From IMG/VR virus record IMGVR_UViG_3300020213_000017: a DNA stretch of 20,000 nt. One strand, given 5' to 3'. Position 1 is the first letter of the stretch. The number at the start of each line of letters is the position of its first letter. The stretch is from an uncultured virus (IMG/VR IMGVR_UViG_3300020213_000017) (lineage: Duplodnaviria > Heunggongvirae > Uroviricota > Caudoviricetes). Positions 1 to 8,709 of the stretch are shown piece after piece. Below the pieces are notes generated by a model that saw nothing but the letters and a program-made list of their open reading frames with translations, did no database searches and had not been told where the DNA came from. Made by a program: the position numbers and the translations under genes.

Positions 1-24
1 AGATAGTGTTTGAAAGTAAAAAAA

Positions 25-168
25 ATGAAAAATAAAAATTTCAAAAATCGCAGCAAGCTAACTGATGCTGCGTCAAAATCTAAAACAATCGGAAACGTGT
101 CAAAAGATCTTGTAAATCTAAGACGCGAACAAGACAAACAGAAATCAGGAAAACTGGTTTTAAAATAA
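25..168 (+). CDS. small basic hypothetical protein (47 aa, MKNKNFKNRSKL...GKLVLK)
   Basis: Read by hand (below the ORF-track cutoff). ATG at 25 overlaps the end of an upstream reading frame (TAA at 33-35); TAA at 166-168; same strand as all neighbours. Confidence 0.5.
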   Translation: MKNKNFKNRSKLTDAASKSKTIGNVSKDLVNLRREQDKQKSGKLVLK

Positions 169-185
169 GGAAGAAAAGGAAGAAA

Positions 186-1172
186 ATGAAGAATCTAATT
201 GGACTCGTATTGGTTTTTGCATTGCTAGGAAATGTTTCGTTTGCAGCGGAATCTTCTGGCAAGACATCTGCTCAGAGCTCAAGCGAGGCCAAAAGCTCCG
301 CTTCTGTTTCTGCATCCCCAGGCGCTATTATTCTTACCAAGGACAATAGTATTACTATCAACAACGTATTTGACTCTGAAGTTGTAGCCCAGCTAACCCT
401 AGCCGCTAAAGCTATGGATGCCCGATTGCCTTCTGGTGACCCTCTGTACCTCGTAATCAACAGCCCAGGTGGCTCAATTGATGCTGGTCTTGAGCTTATC
501 GAGAACCTTTCGAGCATGAACCGTCCCGTACACAGTATCAACGTGTTCTCCGCTTCCATGGGCTTTCAAACCGCTCAAGGTCTTGGTGATCGTCTTGTTC
601 TAAAAAACGGTACCCTCATGAGTCATAAGGCCCGTGGTGGATTTTCTGGTGAATTCCCTGGTCAATTGGACAGTCGATATAATTACTACCTAAAACGCGT
701 TACTCGCATGGACGAAGTTGCTGTAAGCCGTTCTGGTGGAAAACTAACCCTAAAATCGTACCGCGATTTGATCGAGAATGAATACTGGTGTGATGGTCAA
801 GACTGTGTAGATCAAGGTCTTGCTGATAGGGTTGTTACTGCTTCTTGTGACAGATCCCTTGAAGGTACACGCAATGAGCTTTTGGCTGAATTCTTCTATA
901 TGGGAAGGGCTGTTCAAATCGTTGCCGAGCAAGATAATTGTCCAGTTAACACCAACGCTTTGAGATACAAGGTTCTGGTTGATGGCGAAGCTCTCTTTAA
1001 AGATATCAATACCAAAGAAGAGAAGAAATCTGAAAAAGAAGGTTGGTTTGGTAATTACAACTCTGAACCAGTTAAGCCTAGATTGACTTCTGAACAATTG
1101 TTCGAGATCAATCAGAAGGTTAAAGAAAGCATCAGCAATAAGACCGAACGCAAGATTATCAAGGGATACTAA
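186..1172 (+). CDS. ClpP/crotonase-fold serine protease (peptidase S14-like) with N-terminal signal peptide
   Basis: LVINSPGGSIDAG, SASMG (catalytic Ser), LMSHKA (His), ENEYW and QGLADRV motifs. N-terminus MKNLIGLVLVFALLGNVSFA then a Ser/Ala-rich linker. Purine-rich SD (aaggaag) upstream. Confidence 0.85.
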   Translation: MKNLIGLVLVFALLGNVSFAAESSGKTSAQSSSEAKSSASVSASPGAIILTKDNSITINNVFDSEVVAQLTLAAKAMDARLPSGDPLYLVINSPGGSIDAGLELIENLSSMNRPVHSINVFSASMGFQTAQGLGDRLVLKNGTLMSHKARGGFSGEFPGQLDSRYNYYLKRVTRMDEVAVSRSGGKLTLKSYRDLIENEYWCDGQDCVDQGLADRVVTASCDRSLEGTRNELLAEFFYMGRAVQIVAEQDNCPVNTNALRYKVLVDGEALFKDINTKEEKKSEKEGWFGNYNSEPVKPRLTSEQLFEINQKVKESISNKTERKIIKGY

Positions 1173-1177
1173 TCAAC

Positions 1178-1426
1178 ATGCCTATCTTTGCATACCAATG
1201 CTCAGAAGGACACGTTGACAAGAAATTTCATAGGCAGGTGTCACAAGCACCTGCCTGTATTGTTTGTAAGACCTGTAAAAAGGAAGCAAAAAAGATCTTG
1301 TCAGCACCTTCATCTGGGTCTAAGATAACAGTAGACAACGGCGTTCAGGCTAGGGCGGTAGAAATTGTTCCTAACATCATAGAGCTGAATCATGAGAAAT
1401 CAAACAAGGACTATCGAGAGGACTAG
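1178..1426 (+). CDS. FmdB-like zinc-ribbon protein
   Basis: MPIFAYQCSEGH...VCKTC...KKILSAP matches the MPxYxYxCxxC/H...CxxC pattern. Confidence 0.75.
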   Translation: MPIFAYQCSEGHVDKKFHRQVSQAPACIVCKTCKKEAKKILSAPSSGSKITVDNGVQARAVEIVPNIIELNHEKSNKDYRED

Positions 1427-3481
1427 ATGTTTATTATAGATCGACTTGGCTGGGAAAACATAGGGCGCTTTGTTGAACCTCAAACGATTGAGCTTAGCTC
1501 CCTTGGTAATTTGGTTCAAATTGACGGTATCAACAAGAATACCGGAGGCGGATCTGGAGCGGCTAAATCTACTATTTTTCACGCCTGGGACTACCTCCTT
1601 GGCTTCAATAAAATTCCTGCAGGCAAACTACAGTCCCGTTTGACAAAGAATGGCATTTCTGTTTGGGCGGAAGGTTCTTTAGACGGAAAGCCTATTAAAA
1701 TCTCCAGAAGCAAGGCTAAGGGTCTTTCTATAGAAGGTGCCGGTCTAGACATGTCTGGGAACAGCAAACTGGCTGAAGAAAACCTGGACATCATTTTGGC
1801 AATGCCGCGTGAACTATTCCGCAAAATTTGTCATAAGCGCCAGAAAGAAGGCGGATTCTTTCTTAGTTTCACGCCTAAGGAAACCAATGAATTTCTTATG
1901 GATTGTCTTAATCTAAGCCATCTTAAATCTAAAGCTGAAATCATAGATAAGAAACTTAAAACCTTGCTTTTAGAAAAAGAAACTGCGGACAAGGCCTTGA
2001 TTTCTAATACAGAAGGTCTAACCGCTACTCAGAGCGCCGTAAAAGGGGTAGGAACACCACCAGCCCAAGAGGTACACCCAGACGTTGTGGAGAGGCTTAA
2101 GACCGCTTCAAACCTGTCTGAGATGGCGCTGACCACTCTTATGAGCGCTCAAAGACTTCAGACAGAAGAGCTCAACAAGATAAGGCCGGATTTGAGCATT
2201 ACAATGTACAGCAAGGCCGATTATGAGCAGTATAATGTACAATTGCAAGAAATCCGCGATGTGATTCAAAAAGCCGGAATGGTAGAAATTGAGCGCATGA
2301 ACAGGGCTAAGCAGGAGCTAGCGGCTCTAAATCTTAAGAAATCTAGTCTACAGCACCAATGCGTTATCGGACTCTCTCTAAAAAAAGATGCTGTCAATAT
2401 AGCTGCACAGATTAAAAAAATCAGAGACGCCATATGCCCTACTTGCGAACAGAGCTGGTTTACAGAAAACGCCAAGACTTCAGAGCTTAACCTGCTTGAG
2501 CAACTTAAACAAATTCGTCCTCAAATCGAAAATGGGCAAGTCGCCGAGACCGAACTTAACAATGAAGTAGAGCCTAAGATCAACGCTATTCTGCCAGACA
2601 CTGTGGCGCGAACCGTAAATGTTAAGGCAGAAAAAGATCAAGAAGAAGTTCTTTTGGCTCACATTGCATCTGAGAAAGAGAAAGAGACGCGGCACAATTT
2701 TGCCGAAAATAGTCGGATTAAAACTGTATCTGACCAGTTTTCCCTTAAGCTACGCGAATTACAAGAAAACCAGTCTAAAGAACAACAGCTAGTACGCGGA
2801 CAATCAGATCTAGACAAGTCTGTTTGGACCCAGGCTAATTTTAAGATGACCGGCTTCAATACTGCTAAACAGCGGTATGAACAGTCAGTAAAAGACCTAG
2901 AGGCGCAAGAGTCCAGATATGCTGATAAAGTATTCAGTCTTACGGCTCAGACCAGTGATTTGGCTCAAAAGATTCTGATGGTAGAAGAGGGTAGGCGAGC
3001 TCTTAAGATCTTTGTTTCCTGTTCTTTCGACGATGCCCTAGAGACAATCAGCAAAGAAGCTACCAGGATTATTCGCAATATACCAAACATGGCCAATGCG
3101 ACAATTCAGCTGGAAGGAACTCGTGAAACAGGCAAAGGCGCTATTAAAGAAGAGGTTACTGCAGTAATCCATTCTGATGGCGAAGAAGATATCCCAATCG
3201 AAACTTTTTCAGGCGGCGAGCGCTCTGCTCTGGATTTGGCTATTGACCTAGCCGTCATTGACCTGATAGAATCAGTATCTGGGAAAGGAATTAACTTTTT
3301 TATCCTAGACGAACCATTCACTGGACTGGGTCCGGTGGAGATCGAAATGGCGCTAGAGGTTTTGAAGAATTCCAATTCCAGTAAGAAACTTATAATCGTT
3401 GACCATAATCAAGAAGTTAAGGAAATGGTCAGCAACAGAATCGTAGTTATTCGCGATGGGGCTTTTAGCACCATAGCCTGA
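1427..3481 (+). CDS. Rad50/SbcC (T4 gp46-like) SMC-family recombination ATPase
   Basis: Walker A-like GSGAAKST, long coiled coils, central CPTC zinc hook, ABC signature FSGGE, Walker B FFILDEP, H-loop IVDH. Confidence 0.92.
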   Translation: MFIIDRLGWENIGRFVEPQTIELSSLGNLVQIDGINKNTGGGSGAAKSTIFHAWDYLLGFNKIPAGKLQSRLTKNGISVWAEGSLDGKPIKISRSKAKGLSIEGAGLDMSGNSKLAEENLDIILAMPRELFRKICHKRQKEGGFFLSFTPKETNEFLMDCLNLSHLKSKAEIIDKKLKTLLLEKETADKALISNTEGLTATQSAVKGVGTPPAQEVHPDVVERLKTASNLSEMALTTLMSAQRLQTEELNKIRPDLSITMYSKADYEQYNVQLQEIRDVIQKAGMVEIERMNRAKQELAALNLKKSSLQHQCVIGLSLKKDAVNIAAQIKKIRDAICPTCEQSWFTENAKTSELNLLEQLKQIRPQIENGQVAETELNNEVEPKINAILPDTVARTVNVKAEKDQEEVLLAHIASEKEKETRHNFAENSRIKTVSDQFSLKLRELQENQSKEQQLVRGQSDLDKSVWTQANFKMTGFNTAKQRYEQSVKDLEAQESRYADKVFSLTAQTSDLAQKILMVEEGRRALKIFVSCSFDDALETISKEATRIIRNIPNMANATIQLEGTRETGKGAIKEEVTAVIHSDGEEDIPIETFSGGERSALDLAIDLAVIDLIESVSGKGINFFILDEPFTGLGPVEIEMALEVLKNSNSSKKLIIVDHNQEVKEMVSNRIVVIRDGAFSTIA

Positions 3482-3491
3482 TGGGGGTAAA

Positions 3492-3830
3492 ATGTCAGAT
3501 CTAAAAAATATAGAAAGTGATTTGCGAGAATACCTAACGAAGGAGTCAAATCTTCGTGGGGAAGACAAGTTCAGATATTTGAAAGCAATATTTGATAAGC
3601 ATTTTGCTATTAGTGAACTGGAACACTCGATTAATTACTACGACATTCAAACTATAATGAGTTTTGCCAAAGGTCAGTGGGTAAGACAGTCTCTTCCCTT
3701 GAACGTTTCTGGTAAAGAAATTTCATCAATGGATGTATCTTCTGTTGCAATGCTAGAATCTGTGTTAAACTATTTAACAGGCAACAAGCTTCTTCGGAAG
3801 CTGACAAAGGTGGAGTATACGAAAAAATGA
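3492..3830 (+). CDS. hypothetical protein (112 aa)
   Basis: GGGG SD-like sequence upstream; ATGA overlap with the next gene; no recognisable motif. Confidence 0.75.
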   Translation: MSDLKNIESDLREYLTKESNLRGEDKFRYLKAIFDKHFAISELEHSINYYDIQTIMSFAKGQWVRQSLPLNVSGKEISSMDVSSVAMLESVLNYLTGNKLLRKLTKVEYTKK

Positions 3831-4150
3831 AAGCCATAGAGATCTTGCTTGAAATAGAAAGCCAGGCTACCGCCATGGTAGAAAATCACAATGCAGATCC
3901 AAGCTATGTGGTGATTGGCAGAGAATATTACAGAGTATTAGCGCGCCATTTCCGCAAGGGAAAAGTTAAAGGCACTGACACCAACAAGATCGCGTCTAGA
4001 GCTTCTAAGGGAATGCTAGGATTTGAAAACACTGTTTTAAAATTTGTAGTAGTTGGTCAAGATATCATTGCGGTGTCTTCAGCAAATACCGCAGAGCTAT
4101 TCAGAAGCACTGATGGTAAGTATTCCGATCCAGAGATTTTCGGTGTATGA
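3827..4150 (+). CDS. hypothetical protein (107 aa)
   Basis: ATGA overlaps at both ends; ggag SD upstream. Confidence 0.75.
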   Translation: MKAIEILLEIESQATAMVENHNADPSYVVIGREYYRVLARHFRKGKVKGTDTNKIASRASKGMLGFENTVLKFVVVGQDIIAVSSANTAELFRSTDGKYSDPEIFGV

Positions 4151-4350
4151 AAATTGAATATATGAAAGTTCCGGTTAGAAATAAAACCCTAACAATAGTC
4201 CATCGCCGTGATAAAGATAGTGGATGGCAAACGGAGATTGTCCTTGAAAATGCTGTTGAGCATAAATTCTGTTCGGATTGTATTGTCAAGGACAGGTTAC
4301 AAAAAATTTATGGTAAGAATATAACAATAGAGGAGTTACTGTATGGATAG
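4147..4350 (+). CDS. small hypothetical protein with HxxCxxC
   Basis: ATGA overlap; fills the gap between neighbours. Confidence 0.65.
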   Translation: MKIEYMKVPVRNKTLTIVHRRDKDSGWQTEIVLENAVEHKFCSDCIVKDRLQKIYGKNITIEELLYG

Positions 4351-4618
4351 TTTTAAAGCAAAGCGTGAAGTAGAGAAGAAGTACCCAACTTTCGTTGAAG
4401 AAGCGAATGGCATGAGCGTAACGGACATGAACGCTCGTTTGACCAAGCTCGTTAAAAATAACGACGAGATCCAGACTGCAATGGACGACAACCAAAAGAT
4501 CGATGAAGCTAAAGAGCTTTTGAAAGAGCTTAAAGGCCCTTATCTTGATGGTATCAAGGAAAACGAACTTAAAATCAAGTATTTGATCGAGATGGTTAAG
4601 GAAAAAGGCGGCGCGTGA
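4343..4618 (+). CDS. small coiled-coil hypothetical protein
   Basis: Strong SD (gaggag); heptad-like K/E/L pattern; GTGA overlap with the resolvase gene. Confidence 0.8.
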   Translation: MDSFKAKREVEKKYPTFVEEANGMSVTDMNARLTKLVKNNDEIQTAMDDNQKIDEAKELLKELKGPYLDGIKENELKIKYLIEMVKEKGGA

Positions 4619-5271
4619 CCCTCTCTGGAACTCAATCCCATCGACAAGAACGAGTCCTGTCTTTGGATATCAGTACCAAGACCGGCTGGGCTCTCATTGT
4701 CAGTCAAGATGATACATACGATCTTGAGCGCTATGGTCAAGTTCCTAAGATTGAAAGACCCGATGGACCCTATCCTGCTTCATTTGTAGACTGGGCCTAT
4801 ATATGTTTTGGTAAAATTGAAGCTCTTATAGAAGAGCTACACCCAGATGTTTTGATTATTGAAGAAACAGCTGGTGGATCAAAAAGCGCACATTCACAAA
4901 AAATCCTTGAGTTTATACACTTCCTTGTGGCAAGATATGTAAAGGACACTAGTATTAAGAATGTGTACACCATGACCGAGGTGTGGCGTAGAGAGACTGG
5001 GTGTAAGATGACCAGGAGCGAAAGGAAGCACAACGATGATGTTAAGAAATACAAAGAGAAAAAGGGCACTAACATTGCCTATGATGAAAATGGCAAGCGC
5101 ATAGGCAGGTTAAGCAGAAAGCATATCAATATACGAAGAGCTAACGAAGTCTTTGGTAGTTTTCTCTCAACCCCCTTAAGAAAAAAAGACGAAGATACGG
5201 CAGATGCGCTATTGATAGCATACAGCTACCATCTTCGCAAAACAGGAGCATTAGATGTCAAACAAATTTAA
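4615..5271 (+). CDS. RuvC-like Holliday junction resolvase (RNase H fold)
   Basis: VLSLDISTKTGWA (first catalytic Asp), VLIIEE (Glu), a W-R/K motif, and DEDTADALLIA (C-terminal Asp pair). Confidence 0.85.
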   Translation: MTLSGTQSHRQERVLSLDISTKTGWALIVSQDDTYDLERYGQVPKIERPDGPYPASFVDWAYICFGKIEALIEELHPDVLIIEETAGGSKSAHSQKILEFIHFLVARYVKDTSIKNVYTMTEVWRRETGCKMTRSERKHNDDVKKYKEKKGTNIAYDENGKRIGRLSRKHINIRRANEVFGSFLSTPLRKKDEDTADALLIAYSYHLRKTGALDVKQI

Positions 5272-6211
5272 TTGGAACGACGAAGAGAACGAAGAGTTCC
5301 GAGACATTCCAGACGAAGTAAGCCTAGATCATCCGGTACAGGGCCAGGGCGCTGCACCCATGTATATGCCTAAAACAAGCATGACTCGCGAACAGCTCAT
5401 TGTACAGGCACAGCAGGGTCGGCAAGTAGAAGAAGCAGTAGAAGAAGTGGCTGAAGAATACGAAGAATACGGAGAAGACGAAGAAGAAGATTACTCAGAA
5501 GTGTTGTCAGATGCCAGACTTCGTCTAGAACAGGGTCGTCTATACGAGCTTGTTATGAACAGCGATCTCTTTGGCGAAACCGACGCAGATGAACGTGCCG
5601 TAAAAAGCGTGCAACGCGAGATCAAGAAATTTGCCAAAGAGCGAATGGAGATCATGCTTGGTATGCGACAAGAGAAGGCTATGCAAGCCTATGCCGATCA
5701 TAATTCTGCTATGGCCGCTCAGTTTAATCAGCTTGAAGTTATGCTTTTGAGACAACTAGCGTCTAAGATGTCGGGCGGAAAAACAGAAGAAGAACAGCCT
5801 GAGCAATATGTGGCCCCAGTTCAAGCTCCTGCTAAACGCACTGGTATCAAACCGATGACTTCTAGCAGACCAACGCAAAAATCTCAGCCATTGGCAAAAG
5901 GCCCTAGCGCTCCACTTAAAAGAAAAGTAGCAGCTAAACGAAGTCCAGAAGAGCTTCTTGGGTTACCCCCAGAGTCAGAAAAACCTATCGGCAAGCCTGT
6001 TGAAAAAATGACAGAAGAAGAGAAAGCCGCTCGAATGCAACGTATGCACGAACGTCAGAGCGCGTTGAAGGCCAGGCCTCCTGCTAACGCTATTCCAATG
6101 CCCACCTCGCATCAAGAAGAAATGTTGGCCAACATACGAGCAACAGAAGCAGACAAAACAGGTACAGTATCAGCAATCATGGCGTTAATGAACGCTCAAA
6201 AACTAAGTTAA
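5255..6211 (+). CDS. hypothetical protein: acidic N-terminal tract, helical core, Pro/Lys-rich disordered C-terminal half
   Basis: 318-aa ORF with aggag SD and an EEVAEEYEEYGEDEEEDY tract. Confidence 0.8.
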   Translation: MSNKFNWNDEENEEFRDIPDEVSLDHPVQGQGAAPMYMPKTSMTREQLIVQAQQGRQVEEAVEEVAEEYEEYGEDEEEDYSEVLSDARLRLEQGRLYELVMNSDLFGETDADERAVKSVQREIKKFAKERMEIMLGMRQEKAMQAYADHNSAMAAQFNQLEVMLLRQLASKMSGGKTEEEQPEQYVAPVQAPAKRTGIKPMTSSRPTQKSQPLAKGPSAPLKRKVAAKRSPEELLGLPPESEKPIGKPVEKMTEEEKAARMQRMHERQSALKARPPANAIPMPTSHQEEMLANIRATEADKTGTVSAIMALMNAQKLS

Positions 6212-6239
6212 GTGATATAACAATTCTAAGGAGAACAAA

Positions 6240-6809
6240 ATGACCCCGAACAAACAACAAGACCCCGCTGTAAGCAAGAAAACTGCAGCTCAACGTATCG
6301 AATCTCTTGAAAACGCTTTCATGAGCCTCTATCATACTGCCGATAACATTGCACGCGATGTTTTGACTATCAAAGAAGCTGTTAAGCTACTTGGTAACAA
6401 ACTTGATGCTGTGGCTAAATTGGGTGGCATGAAAGATGATGATATTGCAAAGGTAATGATCGAAAACAACATTGAAGATCTCAAAGACAAAATTGACAAT
6501 CTAGTTAAAAACGGTGTTTTGACTGCTGAAGAAGTTGTTCAAGAAAACTCTTTCGTTGTTGGTCGAGAAATTGACCAAGACGGTACGGTGGTAAATCCCC
6601 GCCTACAGTTTACGCTCAAGGCAATGCCTTTGACTACACAAGAGAAAATCAAATCATCTAAGCCAGGTGATATTGTTATCGTAGAAGAAGGAAAGCTTCG
6701 TTTTGAAATTCTAGAAACTTACAAAATCAACGCTCCAGAACCAGCAGCCCAAGAAGCAGAAGCGCCGTCTGAACCTAAAGCTGAAGAAGCTGCTCAGAGC
6801 AACGCGTAA
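6240..6809 (+). CDS. coiled-coil protein with possible GreA-C/FKBP-like C-terminal domain
   Basis: aaggag SD. Helical N-terminus, then VVQENSFVVGREIDQDGT...EKIKSSKPGDIVIVEEGKLRFEILETY, resembling the Gre C-terminal/FKBP fold. The fold call is tentative. Confidence 0.6.
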   Translation: MTPNKQQDPAVSKKTAAQRIESLENAFMSLYHTADNIARDVLTIKEAVKLLGNKLDAVAKLGGMKDDDIAKVMIENNIEDLKDKIDNLVKNGVLTAEEVVQENSFVVGREIDQDGTVVNPRLQFTLKAMPLTTQEKIKSSKPGDIVIVEEGKLRFEILETYKINAPEPAAQEAEAPSEPKAEEAAQSNA

Positions 6810-6819
6810 ATAAACACGT

Positions 6820-6856
6820 TAGATTCCGCTGAATATACTGTGTTTAGCGGAATCTA
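6820..6856 (+). terminator. intergenic stem-loop (terminator-like or processing hairpin)
   Basis: TAGATTCCGCT (6820-6830) and AGCGGAATCTA (6846-6856) form a perfect 11-bp inverted repeat, extendable by 5 bp with G-U pairs around a 5-nt loop. It lies 10 nt after a stop codon. There is no downstream U-tract. Confidence 0.55.
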
Positions 6857-6895
6857 CAGTCCTGTCCGAATCTTTAATGACAACGCGTTGGAGGC

Positions 6896-8113
6896 ATGAT
6901 GGTTATAGTAGAAAAGTTTACAGACGCTGAGATTGTATATCTCGTTACGCAAAAAGAAAACCCAAGCCTGACCTGGGCGGATATTACAGAAAAGTTTAAC
7001 AAAAAGTTCAGAAAAGACAAGAGCTTAGAGGCCGTTAAATCTGGCTATCAGCGTAGTCGAGATCGTGTGGAAAACGATGGCGAATATGTTAAGATTTTCC
7101 GTGATGTAGCCAGAACACGCAAGTCTAACTCTTTAAACTCCAAGGATCTCCAGAAGATTCTGGTAGAGTGGGAAAACCGCGAAGGCATCCTGGACGCCGT
7201 GAAGGCCGCTTCCAAAGAAGTAGCTAAGATCACCGCTAAGCCTCTCAAATTGCCTCACCCTGGCAGGAACAGGAAGAGCATGACTCTTGAGCTCCTTATA
7301 TCCGACGTTCACGTTGGCAAGCTCACCAAGACGTTTAATCATGAAGTCCTGAAACGCCGCCTGAAGCAGGTTGCCGACACAACCATCAAAGAGATGCAAA
7401 GGGCAGCAGAACACTACAAGATCGATAGGGTAATTTTGGCTTTTATCGGAGACTTGATCGAATCCGCTACAATGCACGGTGTAGAAAGTGCTCAAGGTTG
7501 TGAATTCGGAAATTCCAAACAAATTCAGGAAGCTATCACTCAAATGTTCCACCTTTTATACGCTCCAATTGTTTTGGCAGCGAAACAATTAGGTGCTACT
7601 GTAGACGCAGTAGGAGTTGCCGGTAATCACGATAGAACCCAAGAACACCGTACCTTTGTCAATGTAGGCGAAGAAAACGTAACCTGGATCATCTATAAGA
7701 CCCTAGAAGAGTTTGGAAAACTAGCAAAACTTAATAACGTTAAATGGCACATTCCAGTTGAACCTTATCAGTATCTAGAGATCTACGGTGAAGGCGTGGT
7801 TTATGAGCATTACGATAACGTAAAAGGTTCCAATAAGGCTCAGGGTATCGAATCTTTGATGTCCAAGCGTATCAACCAGCTCAAGAAGCCTGTTACCTTT
7901 ATCCGTGGCGGTCATTTCCATGAGCCGATGGAAACTGGGATTGGCAAGATTGTAATCAACGGCAATGTACCAGGAAATGACGGGTTTAGCACAGTTCTTG
8001 GATTTGACTGTGAGCCATCTCAGACCCTTAACTTTTACATTGAACGTACCAAGTCTGATTCTATTAAGCGTAAGACCTCCTTTTACAAGCGATTTCTGAT
8101 TCAGTTAGACTGA
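6896..8113 (+). CDS. calcineurin-like metallophosphoesterase with N-terminal HTH/Myb-like domain
   Basis: ISDVHVG, FIGDLIE, AGNHDR, YEHYD and GGHFHE motifs. N-terminal FTDAEI...TWADITEKFNKKF helical domain. ggagg SD. Confidence 0.88.
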   Translation: MMVIVEKFTDAEIVYLVTQKENPSLTWADITEKFNKKFRKDKSLEAVKSGYQRSRDRVENDGEYVKIFRDVARTRKSNSLNSKDLQKILVEWENREGILDAVKAASKEVAKITAKPLKLPHPGRNRKSMTLELLISDVHVGKLTKTFNHEVLKRRLKQVADTTIKEMQRAAEHYKIDRVILAFIGDLIESATMHGVESAQGCEFGNSKQIQEAITQMFHLLYAPIVLAAKQLGATVDAVGVAGNHDRTQEHRTFVNVGEENVTWIIYKTLEEFGKLAKLNNVKWHIPVEPYQYLEIYGEGVVYEHYDNVKGSNKAQGIESLMSKRINQLKKPVTFIRGGHFHEPMETGIGKIVINGNVPGNDGFSTVLGFDCEPSQTLNFYIERTKSDSIKRKTSFYKRFLIQLD

Positions 8114-8114
8114 T

Positions 8115-8504
8115 ATGGCTGGTCGCACAGAAGAAGTGGAAAAATCGGAACGAGTGATAAAGGATCTTGAGATTCGCGAGCGCACTTATCTGATTCAGCT
8201 AGAGGCTTTGGATAAAGAGCTCGCTGCTTTAGAATTCAACGAATACGTTCTTCAAGACAACATAGACACTTTAAAGCAGGACAAAATTATTACCCTGGTT
8301 AAAGAATACGTAAAAACTAAGCAAGATCTCGCAAAGGTTTCAGTAAAACGCTTGCAGGTTAGCAACGAACGCGTTAAGATTGGCCATGAATTCAAGAAGG
8401 CGACAGATCTGCTCAAAAAGGCCCAGGACAACCACAAAGAACTCATGCACAGATTGGACAACAACATTTTGTACATTAATTTTGGAAAGCAAGAAAATGG
8501 ATAA
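8115..8504 (+). CDS. coiled-coil hypothetical protein
   Basis: 129-aa heptad-rich ORF starting just after the preceding stop. Confidence 0.75.
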   Translation: MAGRTEEVEKSERVIKDLEIRERTYLIQLEALDKELAALEFNEYVLQDNIDTLKQDKIITLVKEYVKTKQDLAKVSVKRLQVSNERVKIGHEFKKATDLLKKAQDNHKELMHRLDNNILYINFGKQENG

Positions 8505-8709
8505 AATTGAAATTGTAAAAAAGATTGTCGAAGAAGAGGACTATATCCGTTGCCCTAAGATGAGCAATTCCCTTTCTAAATTTATGTCTAAAAATCCAGA
8601 TGGTGTAGAGAACACCGTTATCGCCAGAGTGTTGCTCATGACTGAAGAAGAAATCGAAGCAATATACCAAGAATCAATCGCACAATTACGCTTGAAAATG
8701 TCTGAATAG
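8497..8709 (+). CDS. small protein with sigma-70 region-4-like HTH
   Basis: Likely start is ATG 8497 (MDKIEIV), overlapping the upstream stop. The C-terminal IARVLLMTEEEIEAIYQESIAQLRLKM resembles the region-4 pattern EIAxxLGxSxExVxxIxxxALxKLR. Confidence 0.6.
   Translation: MDKIEIVKKIVEEEDYIRCPKMSNSLSKFMSKNPDGVENTVIARVLLMTEEEIEAIYQESIAQLRLKMSE

Noticed and set aside
1424..1429. TAG recoding or readthrough (FmdB TAG abuts the Rad50 ATG in frame; TAG at 17154 is also in frame with 17169)
   Set aside because: Long conserved genes such as dnaE and Rad50 contain no internal TAG, other TAG stops are soon followed by TGA, and Rad50 has its own gagga SD.
8380..8496. ORF-track start at 8380
   Set aside because: It overlaps the upstream gene by 125 nt; ATG 8497 gives a typical short overlap.
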